Shown piece by piece: positions 1-12,235 of a stretch of DNA of 64,000 nt; position 1 is the first letter of the stretch, and the number at the start of each line of letters is the position of its first letter. Under the pieces are notes generated by a model, which was given only the letters and a program-made list of their open reading frames with translations, was not told the DNA's origin and searched no databases. The stretch lies in NCBI GenBank assembly GCA_951406725.2, contig OX597816.1:107446001-107510000 (forward strand), read 5' to 3'. The translations under genes were made by a program, and so were the position numbers. This stretch comes from Octopus vulgaris. Its lineage: Eukaryota.

Positions 1-1000
1 GCTCTAGTTCTGGGGTTCGAATTTCCTTGTCACTTTTCTCTGCTACTTTTTTGCTTTGCTCTTTTCCTGCCTTTCTTTTTTATATTTTGGCTTTTTGGTG
101 GTGACTCCACTCTTGTTCTTTTCCTATCTGCCACTGTTTCTTCCTTTTCCTCTTCCACTACTGCTTCTTCTACCTCTGTCTGGTTTTGCTCTTGTTTATG
201 GGGACACCTTGCTTGCATGTGTCCCCTACTTCTGCAGTTGTAACATATAGGAGGTTTCCTCTCCACTATGACTCTCAATCAGGTCTCATCAGGGAGCGAC
301 AGCTCCTCTACTATCTTATGCAAATCTGGCAGGGTTATATGTATCATGACTTCTAGACCATACCCCCACCAGTTGATCTCGTTCGACTTCTCGACCTTTA
401 TCACCTCCACTTCCTTCTTGCAATTGTAGAGGATGGTTGCCACTAGCCATGCCTCATCTATCTCCGAGGGCACTCTCCCTATCCTAACACTTGCAGCTCT
501 TTTTCTGCAGTAAGTCAGCAAGAGTTCCCACTTGGCTGTTCTCAAAGGCACAGTGGAGTCCTTTTTGCTTCCTCCTCACTCATGAAGATCATCTCCACTG
601 TGCCATACTTCCTTCCTCTTTTCATGACGCTGTTCATCAGTTCCTCAGGTGACATCAACATTATCTTGTCGCCTTCCTTTCTCAGTAGATTCTTGCTAGC
701 CTTCATCTTCCTGGGCTCGACCTTTATTTCATATGTCTCCAGTGCTTCCTCCTCTGCTTGTCTTCCAGTTGCAGCTGCATAGCTGTGGCCGCCTGCTGGT
801 GCCTTCTCCATTTTCCTCAACGGGAAAATTTAACAATACAAAAATTTAAAAGTGATAACAACGGTATTAATAACAGCAATATCAACAATAAATTCACTTC
901 TACTCACTAATATAACTCAACTTCGACTTCAAAATTAACACCTGTTAACTACAAAATTCGATACTCAACAACCGACGTCTAGACTTCTCCCTCTATATCT
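1..1000 (-). mobile_element. Tx1/L1-clade non-LTR retrotransposon, 5' UTR plus frameshifted ORF1 (zinc knuckle); runs off the window edge
   Basis: ORFs 542-820, 279-551 and 30-278 (-) are consecutive pieces with RGRKYGTVEM, RVIVE and CYNCRSRGHMQARC (CX2CX4HX4C), then an acidic/basic tail. Homologous to the other ORF1 copies in the window. Confidence 0.8.
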
Positions 1001-1653
1001 ACGTATTGGGCTAGCCTACTTCATCGTCTGGTGGCGTCCACACAACACCTCCCCTTTTGAGTTTTTTAAACCCGAATTTATCTATTTTATTTCCTCGGTG
1101 AGAAACTGGCATATCGTTTTCTCTTAGCGTTAATTTCCACCATTTCTGTAGGTTTTCTCTTCCTGTTCGACCTACGTGTCGGTTCTGCTTTTGCTTGTGG
1201 TTCTGGGATCTGGAACAAATCATACCATAAATCCATTGGTTCTTCTAGCCTCTCTTAGTTTTTGTTATATCTTTTTTTAAAATTGGTTTAAATGCCTTCT
1301 GTGTTTATATTTGGTCCTTTTACCATGTACATCACATTACCCAGACGTCCAGTTATACTTCCTTGTTCCCAGTCCTGTTTTCCGTTACTATATATTTTAA
1401 AATACACTTTGTCACCTGTGTTAAAAAATTTCGTTTTTTTTCCCGAATTTTCTATTTTCTGTTTCCTGCTCGGCAACCATTTGTCAAAATAGAACAAATT
1501 TTTCTAGAAAACATCAAATCTGCGGGTGACCTATCTGCATTTGGATTCGGTGTTATTCTATACACCTGCAAAAACTTTGTCATATTTTTATCTTCAAGGA
1601 TTTCCCATCTGGTCTTCCTTAAGGCTCTCTTGAATGTGTCGACGAATCTTTCT
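1000..1653 (-). mobile_element. Gypsy/Ty3 LTR retrotransposon 3' fragment: integrase C-terminus, polypurine tract and start of 3' LTR
   Basis: ERFVDTFKRAL...FLQVYRITPNP...SPADLMF and FNTGDKVY...WEQGSITGRLGNVMYMV. Minus-strand AAAAGGGGAGG (1048-1058) is followed directly by TGTTGTG. Confidence 0.75.
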
Positions 1654-2420
1654 AGTCGGGTCTCATTGAAGAGCACCAACTCCTCTGCAATATTATGCCA
1701 ATCCGACATGGTTATGTGTATCAAGGCTTCTACACAATAACCCCACCAGTTGATGTCTCTTGACTTTTCTACTTTGATGATTTCCACCTCATCTTTACAG
1801 TTGTATATTATGGCTGCTACCAGCCATTCTACATCCATCTCCGGTGGCACTTTTCCAATCCTTACTCTCGCGGCTCGTCTTCCGCAATAGGTAGGTAAGA
1901 GTGCCCACCAAGTTGTTCTCAAGGCCATAGTGGCATGTCTCTTCGCATCTTCTTCACTTGCAAAACGTACCTCTACAGTACCATGCTTCCTTCCTCTTGT
2001 GTAGAAGGTGGTCACGTCTTTTATTTCTTCTAAATACTCCTCAATATCTTCTATCTCTTCCACTTCAATCTTTTTTGTAGCCACATTTAGCGTTCTGTAA
2101 ACGGTAATCTTTTTTCCGCTCTTTGTACAGCGTCCTTCGGCGGTATAATTCGAAGGCCTCCCTTCTCAAGTACTGTTCACTCCTCTGAACCTCTTCCTTA
2201 TCAATCATAACAGTCCTTGTCCCCAGTGACGCGACACTTTTCGCTGCAGCGACCCTCGCATAGCTATCCATAACGGAGGGACCACGTCTCTTCTTTCACC
2301 AAAGATGGAAAAAAACCCCGCAAAGCAACAGCAAGCAGCACATGCGAAGCGTTTTATCAACTTTTTCTCCACAAATCACCAAATAAGGGGTAAAATCCAG
2401 TAAGGCGACATAACATTGTG
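1654..2420 (-). mobile_element. Tx1-like LINE 5' fragment (5' UTR plus N-terminal ORF1)
   Basis: ORFs 2065-2271 and 1452-2084 contain RGRKHGTVEVRF and LLPTYCGRRAARVRIGKVPPE, clearly similar to ORF1 at 279-820. Confidence 0.75.
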
Positions 2421-2422
2421 AC

Positions 2423-4240
2423 ATTTTTTTTATTATCCATACAGACGTACATAGAGGGGACAGTACAATATGATCTGGGGGTCATATATAACGAATGAAT
2501 TGGTTAAAAATTTAAAAACATAACATCGAATGGGGCACAAAAGACATTAACAACAATGAGGACAACATGAGATTAAAAGTAGACAGGGTTGCTACGAGAC
2601 CTGCCCTTTTAACTGACACCTTGCTTTTCCATTATGACATGCTCACGCAGGGTTTTTCACTCCCAACATGCGTGTAACACGTGTCCATCGTTTTTGAAAC
2701 ACACTCTGTGACAGACACCTTCTCTCCAGCCTCACCTTTCTTTTCAGGTGAAACGTAAAAACATTTACCAAGGCGGGACCATATATGAAGCAGTCTGTCA
2801 CAAAACCTTTCATTCTCGACTTCCAAATCACCTCTTTCATAATTGCTACTACTATGAGAAAACAATTCTTACCCTGATCCATAAGGAAGTCTGGTGGGTT
2901 GATTTTTAGAATCGATTCAGCTGATAGCTGTACTCTTCTCACATCTGACAACAGGTGTTCCGCATAAACCCACACTTCTGAAATGCCAGGACACTGCATA
3001 ATAGTGTGCAGGACAGTTTCCACGTCCCGCTCACATCTTGAGCAGGCCGACGGCCCAGGGTGTCCGTGTCTGGTGAGTTTATATCGAACCGGTAAAGCTC
3101 CTCTGTAACATTGCCAGGCCAGTGACTTTTGGAAGTTATTCAGTGTCCTTGGTCCAAAAGTTCTCTGGAACAGGCCAACCAACTGGTTATCATCGAGACT
3201 CAGGGTCCTCCCCAAGTTATCGTCATTTCCAGCCTCTACCAACCTGCTATAGAACTTGCGGTGGTACCGAAACCACTGGCATTGCCCGTGTTGCGGAATC
3301 GGAGAAATGCCTTGCGGCACTCCTTGTACCAGATACTCGACATTACTGTGACGAAACCTGTTTTCTCTATCTCTAAAACCGGTAAAGCCGGGGAACATCT
3401 GTCTTGTGAGTGGAGACCACTCGATTTGGAAGTGAAGAATGAAAGCGCATCATTAGCCAAGGCACCCCCTACCCACCCTTTAACGGCTTCTGGCAGCAAA
3501 TAGAACGTCTTACAAGGGGAGAGAAGCCCTTCCACAAAAAGCGAAAGATTTGTCTTTCCAACTTGCTCAACCACGAATCCGGACAGGGCACAACGGTTAG
3601 GCGGTAAGTGATGACCGATGCGATGAACACATTGGCCACCTCCGCCCTCCCTTTCAAGGATAGCCACCGCCCAGACCAGGTCTGGACTATGTGGGTCACC
3701 TTGCCCGAAACCTCTGACTAGTTCATTTCTATTTGGAAATCTGGACCAATCCATATTCCTAGCATTTTAACCGGGCCCTCCGTCCAGTGTCCTACGACGC
3801 TATTCGAAGGCATCGACTTGCACCCCTAGGTGCCGAGTTGCAAGCCCATTGATTTTTCCCGGTTAATATTTGCTCCTGCCACCGTCTCGTAATCTTAATG
3901 GTTTCACCTACTTGCTGAAAGTGTTTCATTTCGGTCACGATGATTGTGATATCGTCCGCGTACGCTGTAACAGATCCTCCACCTCCAAGAATCGTCGGGA
4001 TGCCACTCAGCTTTCTCAGCAATGGCTCAAGAGCCATTACGTACAAAAGCCTGGGAGAGTGGACACCCTTGGCAAACCGACCGTTTGATGCGGAACGGCT
4101 TCGACAGAAAACTGTTCACCCGAACGATCGAGTCGATGTCATCGTACAACTGTATGATACACCTGAGAAAACAGAGACCCAGTCCGAACTGCACGAGCAG
4201 TTACCAGGTAACAATGGTCCACTCTATCAAAAGCTTTAGA
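2423..4240 (-). mobile_element. Tx1-like LINE ORF2 3' half (RT domains to C-terminal zf-RVT-like region) plus 3' UTR, frameshifted
   Basis: KAFDRVDH, MALEPLLRKL, VTAYADDITI, WSGRWLSLKGRAEVAN, KGG and CSRC...ETVLHTIMQC. An A-rich tail motif lies at about 2423-2470. Confidence 0.85.
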
Positions 4241-5525
4241 AAGTGATGCTAACGGCCCCATCCGCTAGCATCACTTACCTGTCCTTCAGTCGTCAGTCCC
4301 AAACAAACCTCCCTTGCTCAGTCCCAATACAATATGCCTCCATCTCTATCCTTCTCTCGAACCTCTCTTCCAATTCCTTCATCATCTCTGTTTTCTTGTT
4401 GGTGGGGAGCGGGTGGGTTCACTGTCTGCGGGGGAAGGGTGGTGTTGGGGTGGATTGGGGTTCCGTACTGTTTAATTTTCTCCTCTTTCTTTTTTTCCTT
4501 CCTTCTTCCCACTCTTGCTGGACCTCCTCTTCTTCTGTTACCTTTTCTGTTTGGTTCTGTTCTTCTTTAGTCTCTTCCTCTCTTTGGGGTTCTGTCACAC
4601 TTTCCTTTGGTGGGGGAGGGCAGTTGGCTCTTATGTGGCCTCTCAGGCCACACTTATAACAGCACGGGGCTCTGCCCTCAACCCACACTCATGATGATGT
4701 TTCCCATTCTTATGCTTTCCGTTAACCTTTCCAGCGTTTCGGTCTCCGCCTGTATGTTCATATCCAGGGTAGCACCCCTCCAGCCTTCATATTTTATGGT
4801 GGCATGGAGGATGTCCACCTCTTCTTCATTTCCTTTAATTACAGCTGCTGCTATATATTCACCTTCTAGGTGTGGGGGTATTCCTTCCACCCTGATTCGC
4901 GTGGTTTTCCTGTTCAAATACGAGGGTAGAAGAAATACCTTATCCGTTTTTACTGCTTTGGCTGCCATTTTTCTTGCGACGCTCTCGCTCCTAAATTGAA
5001 CCGTCACTGTACCGTATTCCATGCCTCTTGTCAAATATATAATTTCTTCCTCTGTTTGTTTCAGCGCTTCTTCAATAATTTCCATGCTGACTATCTCTAT
5101 TCTTTTCTTTCCGTTTGCATACACTCGATACTTGACGAACCACTCACCACGTTTTGTTGGTGGTAACAGTTCAACTTCACCGTCTTCCTTTTCCATAAAT
5201 TCCTGGAAGCCTGGCAGCTTGACCAAGTTTATCTCTTTTTCTCCCGACTTCTTCTTTGTCACTCCTGCATATGTATTACCTAGTCTTTCATCCATTTTCA
5301 TCACTACCTTTTCCAGTTCCTCTTCGGACGTCGACAGTTTTGACAAACTTTCAAACAACCTTTGTCTGGCCATCCCTCCCGTTAGGGAGGGGCAGTCCAT
5401 TTTCTCCCTATCCGTCTCAACACAGACAGACAAGAACTAAAAACCGCACACCAAAACGTTCAACAATAACAAATTCAACAATCAACAAATTAGCAACTCA
5501 CAATAAACAGTTTTCTGAAGTATCG
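4241..5525 (-). mobile_element. Tx1-like ORF1 element (5' UTR plus frameshifted ORF1)
   Basis: ORFs 4678-5433 and 4419-4688 with CYKCGLRGHIRANC. A close paralogue of 5896-7032, sharing the 5' end (plus-strand TTTTCTGAAGTATCG). Confidence 0.85.
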
Positions 5526-7200
5526 TATTTATTTACTACCCACTAGGGCGACATAGAGGAGACACTACAAAACATTGGGGACATAGAACATAACAATTAA
5601 AATTATGGAAAATGAATTTTTAAATGAAAATGATAATATGAAAGTGATGCTAACGGCCCCATCTGCCAGCACCACTTACCTGTCCTTCATTACCCATCAC
5701 ATTCTCCAATCAAAAACCATTCTTTTCTTATCATTTTCTCAACTATCCTTTCATATTCTTTTATCCTCTCATCCGAAAATATCATATTCCTCACTTTTAC
5801 ACCCTCTCTTTCACCCAGCGCTACAATTGTGTCTATTAGTTCCTCTGGCATCACCATATATCCCCCATCTTCTCTCTCATACCATAATTCAGAACCTAGG
5901 ATTCTTTTCGCATCCTCAGCGTCATCCCATTTTGCGTAACATAAAATATGGGGTTTGGGATCTTTTTTATTTTGTGTGTCTGCATTATTATTTTGTTTTG
6001 GTTTTCTTGTAGGCGGGGAGTGGGTGGAATTGCTGTTTGTAGGGGAAGGATGGGACTCAGAGGGTGTGGGTGGTGTTGGGGTTCAATATTGTTCAACTTT
6101 CTCCTCTTTCTTTTTTTTCTTTCCTCTACCCATTCGTTCTGGGCCTCTTCTTCTGTAGTTTCACACTCCACTGGATTCCGTTCTTCTTTATTTTCTTCTT
6201 CTCTTTGTGTCTCCATAACAATTTCCTTTGGTGGGGGAGAGCAGTAAGCTCTTATGTGGCCCCTCAGGCCACACTTATAGCACCTTGGTGCTCTGCCCTC
6301 CACCCATACTCTCATGACAATATTTCCCATGTTAATGTTATCTGTTATTCCTTCAATTGCACTCTCCTCCGCTTGAACACTCATTTCCAGCGACTTTCCA
6401 CGCCATCCCTCACTCTTTACAGTAGCATGTAAGATGTCTACCTCCTCTTCTATCTCTTTTATAACTGCTGCAGTGACCCATTCGCCTTCTATGTGGGGGG
6501 TTATCCCCTCCACCCTTATCCTTGTTGTTCTCTTATTCATATACGTTGGTAGTAAATATACCTTTTCTGTCTTTAACGCCTTAGCTGCCATTCTTCTTGC
6601 CATACTTTTACTTCCAAACTGTACCATAATTGTTCCGTATTCCATATCTCTCGCTACAAACACAATTTCCTCCTCCACTCTTCTTAATGCCTCCTCTATG
6701 TCTTCCATTTTTATTGTTTCCACTCTTTTGTTATCTTTTACGAATGTTCTGTATTTTATGACTCTTTCTTCAAACCATTCGCTACGCTTTTCTGGCGGTA
6801 ACAGTTTCACTTCGCCTCCCTCCTTCGTCATATATGCTTGATAGCCTGGTAACTTTTCCAGGTCTATCTCTTTTTCGTCTGTTTTTCTTGCTGCTCCCAC
6901 GTACGTTTTACCAACCTTAACGTCTATTTTCTTTACAGTATCAATCAACTCGTCCTCGGAGGTCGATACCTCCGATAGACTTTCGAAAAGTCTTTCTTCA
7001 TCCATCTCTCCCATTAGGGAGGGGCGGTCCATCTCCTTTTATCTCTCTCAATACAGACAGCCAACGGCCGACAGCCCAACAACAGTGTAACAAGGTCGTA
7101 TAAAAAACGTATAACAAAACGTACAATTCAACAGCAAATTCAAACAACAAATTATCAATAACTCACGCGTACTTGAAAAAAAGTTTTCTGAAGTATCGAT
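5526..7200 (-). mobile_element. ORF1-only (HAL1-like) non-autonomous Tx1-type element, about 1.7 kb
   Basis: The 5' end is at about 7200, ORF1 is open for 378 aa, and a short 3' region ends in the Tx1 tail motif at about 5530. No ORF2 sequence is present. Confidence 0.7.
5896..7032 (-). CDS. Tx1-type ORF1 protein (RRM-like region plus CCHC zinc knuckle), 378 aa
   Basis: Uninterrupted ORF containing VWVEGRAPRCYKCGLRGHIRAYC and a KKRKRRK basic patch. The C-terminus may be frameshifted. Confidence 0.75.
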   Translation of the reverse strand: MDRPSLMGEMDEERLFESLSEVSTSEDELIDTVKKIDVKVGKTYVGAARKTDEKEIDLEKLPGYQAYMTKEGGEVKLLPPEKRSEWFEERVIKYRTFVKDNKRVETIKMEDIEEALRRVEEEIVFVARDMEYGTIMVQFGSKSMARRMAAKALKTEKVYLLPTYMNKRTTRIRVEGITPHIEGEWVTAAVIKEIEEEVDILHATVKSEGWRGKSLEMSVQAEESAIEGITDNINMGNIVMRVWVEGRAPRCYKCGLRGHIRAYCSPPPKEIVMETQREEENKEERNPVECETTEEEAQNEWVEERKKRKRRKLNNIEPQHHPHPLSPILPLQTAIPPTPRLQENQNKIIMQTHKIKKIPNPIFYVTQNGMTLRMRKES

Positions 7201-7210
7201 GAACAAGTGA

Positions 7211-8100
7211 TTTCTTTATTACCCACAAGGGGCTAGCGAAGAGGGGGACAACACATCATGATTTGGGGTCATGAGACACAGATGAAAATTTACATATAAA
7301 TGATCTTTAAAAATTATTACATGAAATTGAAAACAAAATCGAAGAAATCGAATGATACACAAATTTTTTACAGCACAACATAAAAACGACACATGAAGTG
7401 GGAACACCAGGATTGCCGACCCCACGAGCCCTGTTTTTCCCACCGAAACTCGGCAGCCAACTTACAGCGTGTTCATGTGGCCCCTTTCACTCGCAGCAAT
7501 CGTGCCACACGTTTCCATCTTTTGTCAAACTCACACGCAGACAGACACCTTTTCTCTAACTCCACTTTTCTTTTTAGGTGGAACCTGAAAAAGGTCACCA
7601 AGGCGGAGCCAGAGATCATGGTGCCTGTCTTTACAACTTTCATTCTGGTCTTCCATATACACTCTTTCGCTACTGCTACTATACTGAGAAAGCAATGCTT
7701 ACCTTCACTTGTCAAAAAGCTAGGCGAGTCAATTTTTATAATTGTCTCAGCCGATAGCTGTACTCTTCTTCCGTCTGACAACAGGTGTTCTGCATACACC
7801 CACACGTCCGAAACTTCCGGACACTGGACAATAGCATGCGAGACTGTTTCCAGATCCCGCTCGCATCTTGGACAGTTCGATGGTCCACTCCAACCATGCC
7901 TTGTGAGTTTATCCCGAACGGGTAAAGCTCCTCTGAAACATTGCCAGGTCAAAGACTTCTGGAAGTTATCCAATGTCTTCGGCCCGAACGTCCTTCGGAA
8001 CAGGCTGTCTAACTGATTTCGATCGAGGCCCAAGGTCCTTCCTAAGGCATTGTCATTTCCGGCCTCTACCAACCTGCTATAGAAAGCTGCGGTGGTTCTG
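7211..8100 (-). mobile_element. Tx1-like LINE ORF2 C-terminus plus 3' UTR
   Basis: ORF 7473-8072 has WQCFRGALPVRDKL...CPRC...ETVSHAIVQC, paralogous to 2643-3398 and about 23820-24420. Tail motif TTTATTACCCACAAGGGGC (plus strand). Confidence 0.85.
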
Positions 8101-9070
8101 TTCGCTCTTCATGATAACCTGATCAAAGGTTACGAAGAAGGTATTGAAGCAAATCCAGTTCAACGAGTACCAGGCACATAGTGCGAGCACCCCGAAGCCC
8201 AAGTTTCAAATCTGTAGTGACTACTCAGTATCAACGATCAACTAGAGGAACACCGTCATCCAATGCCACCCCCATAGGAACTGATGCAGAAGCTGGAAAG
8301 TGGATACGGTTACACGAAGATTGACCTTGCTGATACCTACAACCAGATCAAACTGGCACCAGAGAGTCAACAAAGTCTAGCCCTCAGCACTCACTATGGA
8401 GCACTCCTGCAGCAACGACTCCCATTTGGAATCAGGTCAGCGCCTGGTAACGTCCAGGAGATCCTAACCAGTGATCTGCCTGGAGTGCCGTCTTCCAAGA
8501 CGATATGCTTGTCAGCGGGCAAGGCGCCAATGACCACTTGAGCAACCTGGGTCCTTTGCTCTCACGTCTGAACAACAAAGGACTCCGATGCCGTTGTAAA
8601 AAGTGCCTGTTCCCACAACCCTGTTGGAATATCTTGGCTGCACCTTATCGGCCAAAGGATTCGCGAAGGGATCCAAGGTCGAAGCAATCGTGAAAATGCC
8701 ACCTCCTGCAGACGTCTCAAGCTTAAAGTCTTTGTTTGTTTCAGTTCAGTTCTACGGGAAGTTCATCCCAAACCTGGCCACTACGGCCAAACCACTTTAT
8801 CTCTCAACAAAGAAGGCAACTCCCTGGAAGTGGGGAGATGAGGAACAAGTAGTGTCTGAACAGTTGAAAAGTTTTTCATCAGATCAAATCCCTGTACATT
8901 TCGACCCAGACAAGCCTCTAAAACTGGCTTGTGATACGTCCAACGTTGGAATTAGAGTGGTCTCGTTTCATCGCTATCTGGATGGAAGCGAGTGCCCAAT
9001 TCCCAATATGTCCAAGACACACATCTGCAGAAAGACACAACAGCCAAATACACAAGGAAACCCTAGCCAG
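8100..9070 (+). mobile_element. Gypsy/Ty3 pol fragment (RT and RNase H), degraded
   Basis: YTKIDLADTYNQI...QRLPFGIRSAP, LEYLG, VQFYGKFIPNLA...PWKWG and LKLACDTSNVGI. Confidence 0.85.
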
Positions 9071-9074
9071 TTCT

Positions 9075-9895
9075 ACAAATATAAATATAAAACGTAATAC
9101 TTTGACCACTTTATACATCTATGTACACTTTATACTTGTATACATCTATACATCACATATAGAATGCAAGATAAAATCCTGGATACATATTGCACAAAAT
9201 TATTATGGATTACTGCGGAGGATTTACCAAGGATGCATACACAGACTTCAAACTTTTTGTACAAAAGTGTACCTACGAAAATCAAAGCCAGTAACTTATT
9301 AATTTTTTTAAAAAAGACACCCTATTCCTATATTCTTTCATATTTTAAAAATAGCATTCGATTAATTATACAAATTTCACCCTCTCCATCTCTGATGAGC
9401 GGAACTATTGCCTGTCCACGTTTATCAATCTTGGATTTCATTATAAAGGCAATACTTTTGCGAAACGATCGTAAGATGCGTTAAATACTTAAACTTTTAA
9501 ACCGTCACACTTTATATATTTACAAAAAATCTTTGTGAAAAAATTTTTGATATTGATTTTCCTGCTATCATTTCACAATATATAATCGCTCGTATTAAAT
9601 GTTTAAATACTTTAATAATATTAATACTTTGACACTTCTATACAAAGAGCACTCATTTTAAATTCAGTATAACACATTCTCATAGAATATATTTAATTAA
9701 GGATATATATTGAGCTCTATATATAAAGAGCACTTAATACTGGATTTATTAAGCATGGAAAAGCAATATCTGGGAATATCACTTAAAGATATACAGATTC
9801 CTTCTAAAGACACATACTTATTATCCTCACTTCAGAAAACCAACGTCTTAATAAAAGAATGAGATGGAAGGCATTCTTTTATGATAAAGGAACTG
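9075..9895 (+). mobile_element. Penelope-like element 5' region (hammerhead-containing pseudo-LTR plus ORF start)
   Basis: Hammerhead at 9387-9478. ATG at 9755 gives MEKQYLGISLKDIQIPSKDTYL...(frameshift)RMRWKAFF, resembling the SLKNIPIP...RMRWKA N-terminus of Penelope ORFs. Confidence 0.65.
9387..9478 (+). ncRNA. Type I minimal hammerhead ribozyme
   Basis: CATCT-CTGATGA-[stem II GCGGAA..TATTGCCT / AGGCAATA..TTTTGC]-GAAA-C-GATC-GTA-AGATG. The catalytic core is intact, stem I is a perfect 5 bp, loop III is palindromic and the cleavage triplet is GUA. Confidence 0.8.
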
Positions 9896-9899
9896 TAAA

Positions 9900-10180
9900 A
9901 GTTTCGCGGAATATATTCCGCAAAACTTTTGACAAAACAATAATTTAACAGTTACTAGAAATACAGGAGGACAGAAGCTTGTGTGAAAAACTGGTTGGTT
10001 ACCTTTCAAATAATTGTATTATCGAAGGTAAAAAGTCCACTCGGCAAGGATAGTCTTTCTTATCCTATTGGCGACGCCACTTTGCTGTACTTTTTTCATT
10101 CACTCGCAAAGAAGATAAGTGATACTCCAGATAGGTTTTGATTGTTTTAATACAGACTTATCCACCCGAAAACTCTTTAT
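9900..10180 (-). mobile_element. LTR-retrotransposon 5' fragment with primer-binding site (tRNA-Ser-like)
   Basis: Minus strand reads ...CA-AAG-TGGCGTCGCCAATAGGAT (10062-10079), resembling the complement of a tRNA-Ser 3' end. Confidence 0.45.
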
Positions 10181-12205
10181 CTTTATTGCCCACATTGGCA
10201 ATAAACACAGAAGGGGCAACACAAAGACAAGTGGGAACACATACCAAATAAAAGATTGGTGTATGTTATAATCAATAATAAGATAAAGATGAGAAATGGA
10301 ATGAAGTTTCCTCAGCCCCACCTCTGAGTTACTTCATTTTTACCTCCGTTCATTTTTTTCTTTTTGAACCCGGAGCCTTCTAAAATATCTACTCCGTTCT
10401 CTTTCAGTAGAAATGTGTAGTTCATATTCCGTGGCATATTTTGCATGTCCAGATCGACTTGCCATACTGTAAGTCCTTTTATGAATTTTAAAATTTTCTG
10501 CCTTTGGTTCTCATCCAACAACAGGCAGCAATGCCACCCTTGCACGTTGTCGAACTTGCAAGTGTCCACTGCTCTAATGTCCTTCCACATTTTTTATTTC
10601 TTCACACAAATTTTTATTTGTGTTATCATATATCATTACATAGTTTCCTTTCTTCTTTTTCCCGGAGAAGAGGAGGTTGAATTACTTTTGTCTGACTGTG
10701 TTCGTTTTCATGTTGGAAAGGACGGGTAGATTCAGTGTCTGTAGGGAGCGGGTGTGAAGAAGAGGGTGTGGGTTTCAGTATTTATTTTACCTGGTTTCCT
10801 TTTTCTCTTCCTTTTCTTCCCTAGTGTCACCCATTCGCCTTCTGTTCCGCTTACTTCTGATTCTGTTGGTGATGGTACTATTTTCTCCTTTTCCCTTGCC
10901 GGTTCTTCCTTTTCCTTGTAGAGGGCAGTTTGCTCTAATGTGACCTTTCTGGCCACACTTGTAGCACCTGGGTATCCTGCCCTCTACTCTGACTACCTTT
11001 GTTGTGTCTCCAAGCACTATTGTTTCCGGTAACTCTTCTATTACATCATTCGGTTCCCATATCACGATATTTAAGGATTGCCCTTTCTAGTTCCTTGCTT
11101 CCGTTTTGGTGGCCTGGAGAACCTCCATCTCTTCCTCGTTACCAAGCAATACTGCGGCTACTATCCAGGCTACGTCGACATCCCGGGGGGGGGGTTTCCC
11201 CTCTACGTTGACCCTTATAGCATTCTTTCCCCCATATATTGGCAACATCACTACTTCCTCGTTTTTTAATATTTTTGACGAGTTCAAATTTGCACTGCCT
11301 ATATCATTAAATTGGACTTTAATTGTACCAAATTTTCTGCCTCTTGTTAAATACATAATATCCATCCTTCCATACGGGCCTTAGTACCTTCACTTGGGTT
11401 GTCGTCATCTCTTTAATTCTTCCTTCGGCCACTGAGTGTGTTTTATACTCTACAGTACATCTCGTTATTTTATCAATTATTGACACAGTTACTTCCACTT
11501 TTGTTCTGTCCCTTTTTATCATTTTTGGAGTATTTCTTCCACTCTTTAAAATCCACATTACTTCCTGATATTTTAGCCACTTCTGCGAAGCTTCTTTCAT
11601 TCCTGTTGACCCACCAAGTGTCCGACTGCTCAGAATCGGACACCTCAGTGTAGCTATTATCTGAGGAGGAGGCGTTGAAAGGTGATATGCGAGGATTTTC
11701 GTTTGTTTTGTTGTGTTATTTGTGTTGATTGCCGTGATGTTGATGACAGATTCTGGAGAATGCGGTTCAAGTGTGTGTGAACATGTGTGGAAGGTTGTGC
11801 TTGTATTGTGGTGTGTGTCTTGGGACGGAAAGGATCAGGGAAGTGTTTTTCTTTTTTTTAAGCCACTGCTTCCCATTTGTGATCTGTTGTGGGGTTGCCT
11901 TGACTTTTTGTGGTAGTGTTTGTGCTCAATTCATTTTCTTTGTCAGTAAATTCTTGTTCATTGTTGTACATTTGGGTGTCCTTCTTCGTGTTTAACGTAT
12001 ATTTTGGGGTTTTTTTCTGTGTTCACTTCCTCCTGGGAAACATTTCTTGGTACATCTCATTAAGTTTGTTGATATTGGGGACGTTGTTTGTGTTTTGGCT
12101 GGAACCCACAGTTTTAAAAACGTGTAAATAAATTACACAAGATGTTTCAAAAAAGTTCAATTCACCCCTTAAAGGGGGAATTTCTAGACTCGATACTTCC
12201 CCTCT
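10180..12205 (-). mobile_element. ORF1-only Tx1-type element, about 2 kb, degraded ORF1
   Basis: ORF pieces 11319-11600, 11087-11365 (YLTRGRKFGTIKVQF), 10787-11065 (CYKCGQKGHIRANC), 10732-10956 and 10312-10590 lead to the tail motif CTTTATTGCCCACA at about 10181. No ORF2. Confidence 0.7.
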
Positions 12206-12235
12206 TAAGCAGGTTCAGAGCTGATAACACACATA

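Noticed and set aside
4243-8016. Long plus-strand Ser/Phe/Leu-rich ORFs (for example 4607-4999, 5021-5440, 6434-6841, 7393-8016)
   Set aside because: These are antisense shadows of purine-rich minus-strand LINE ORFs and have no domain motifs.
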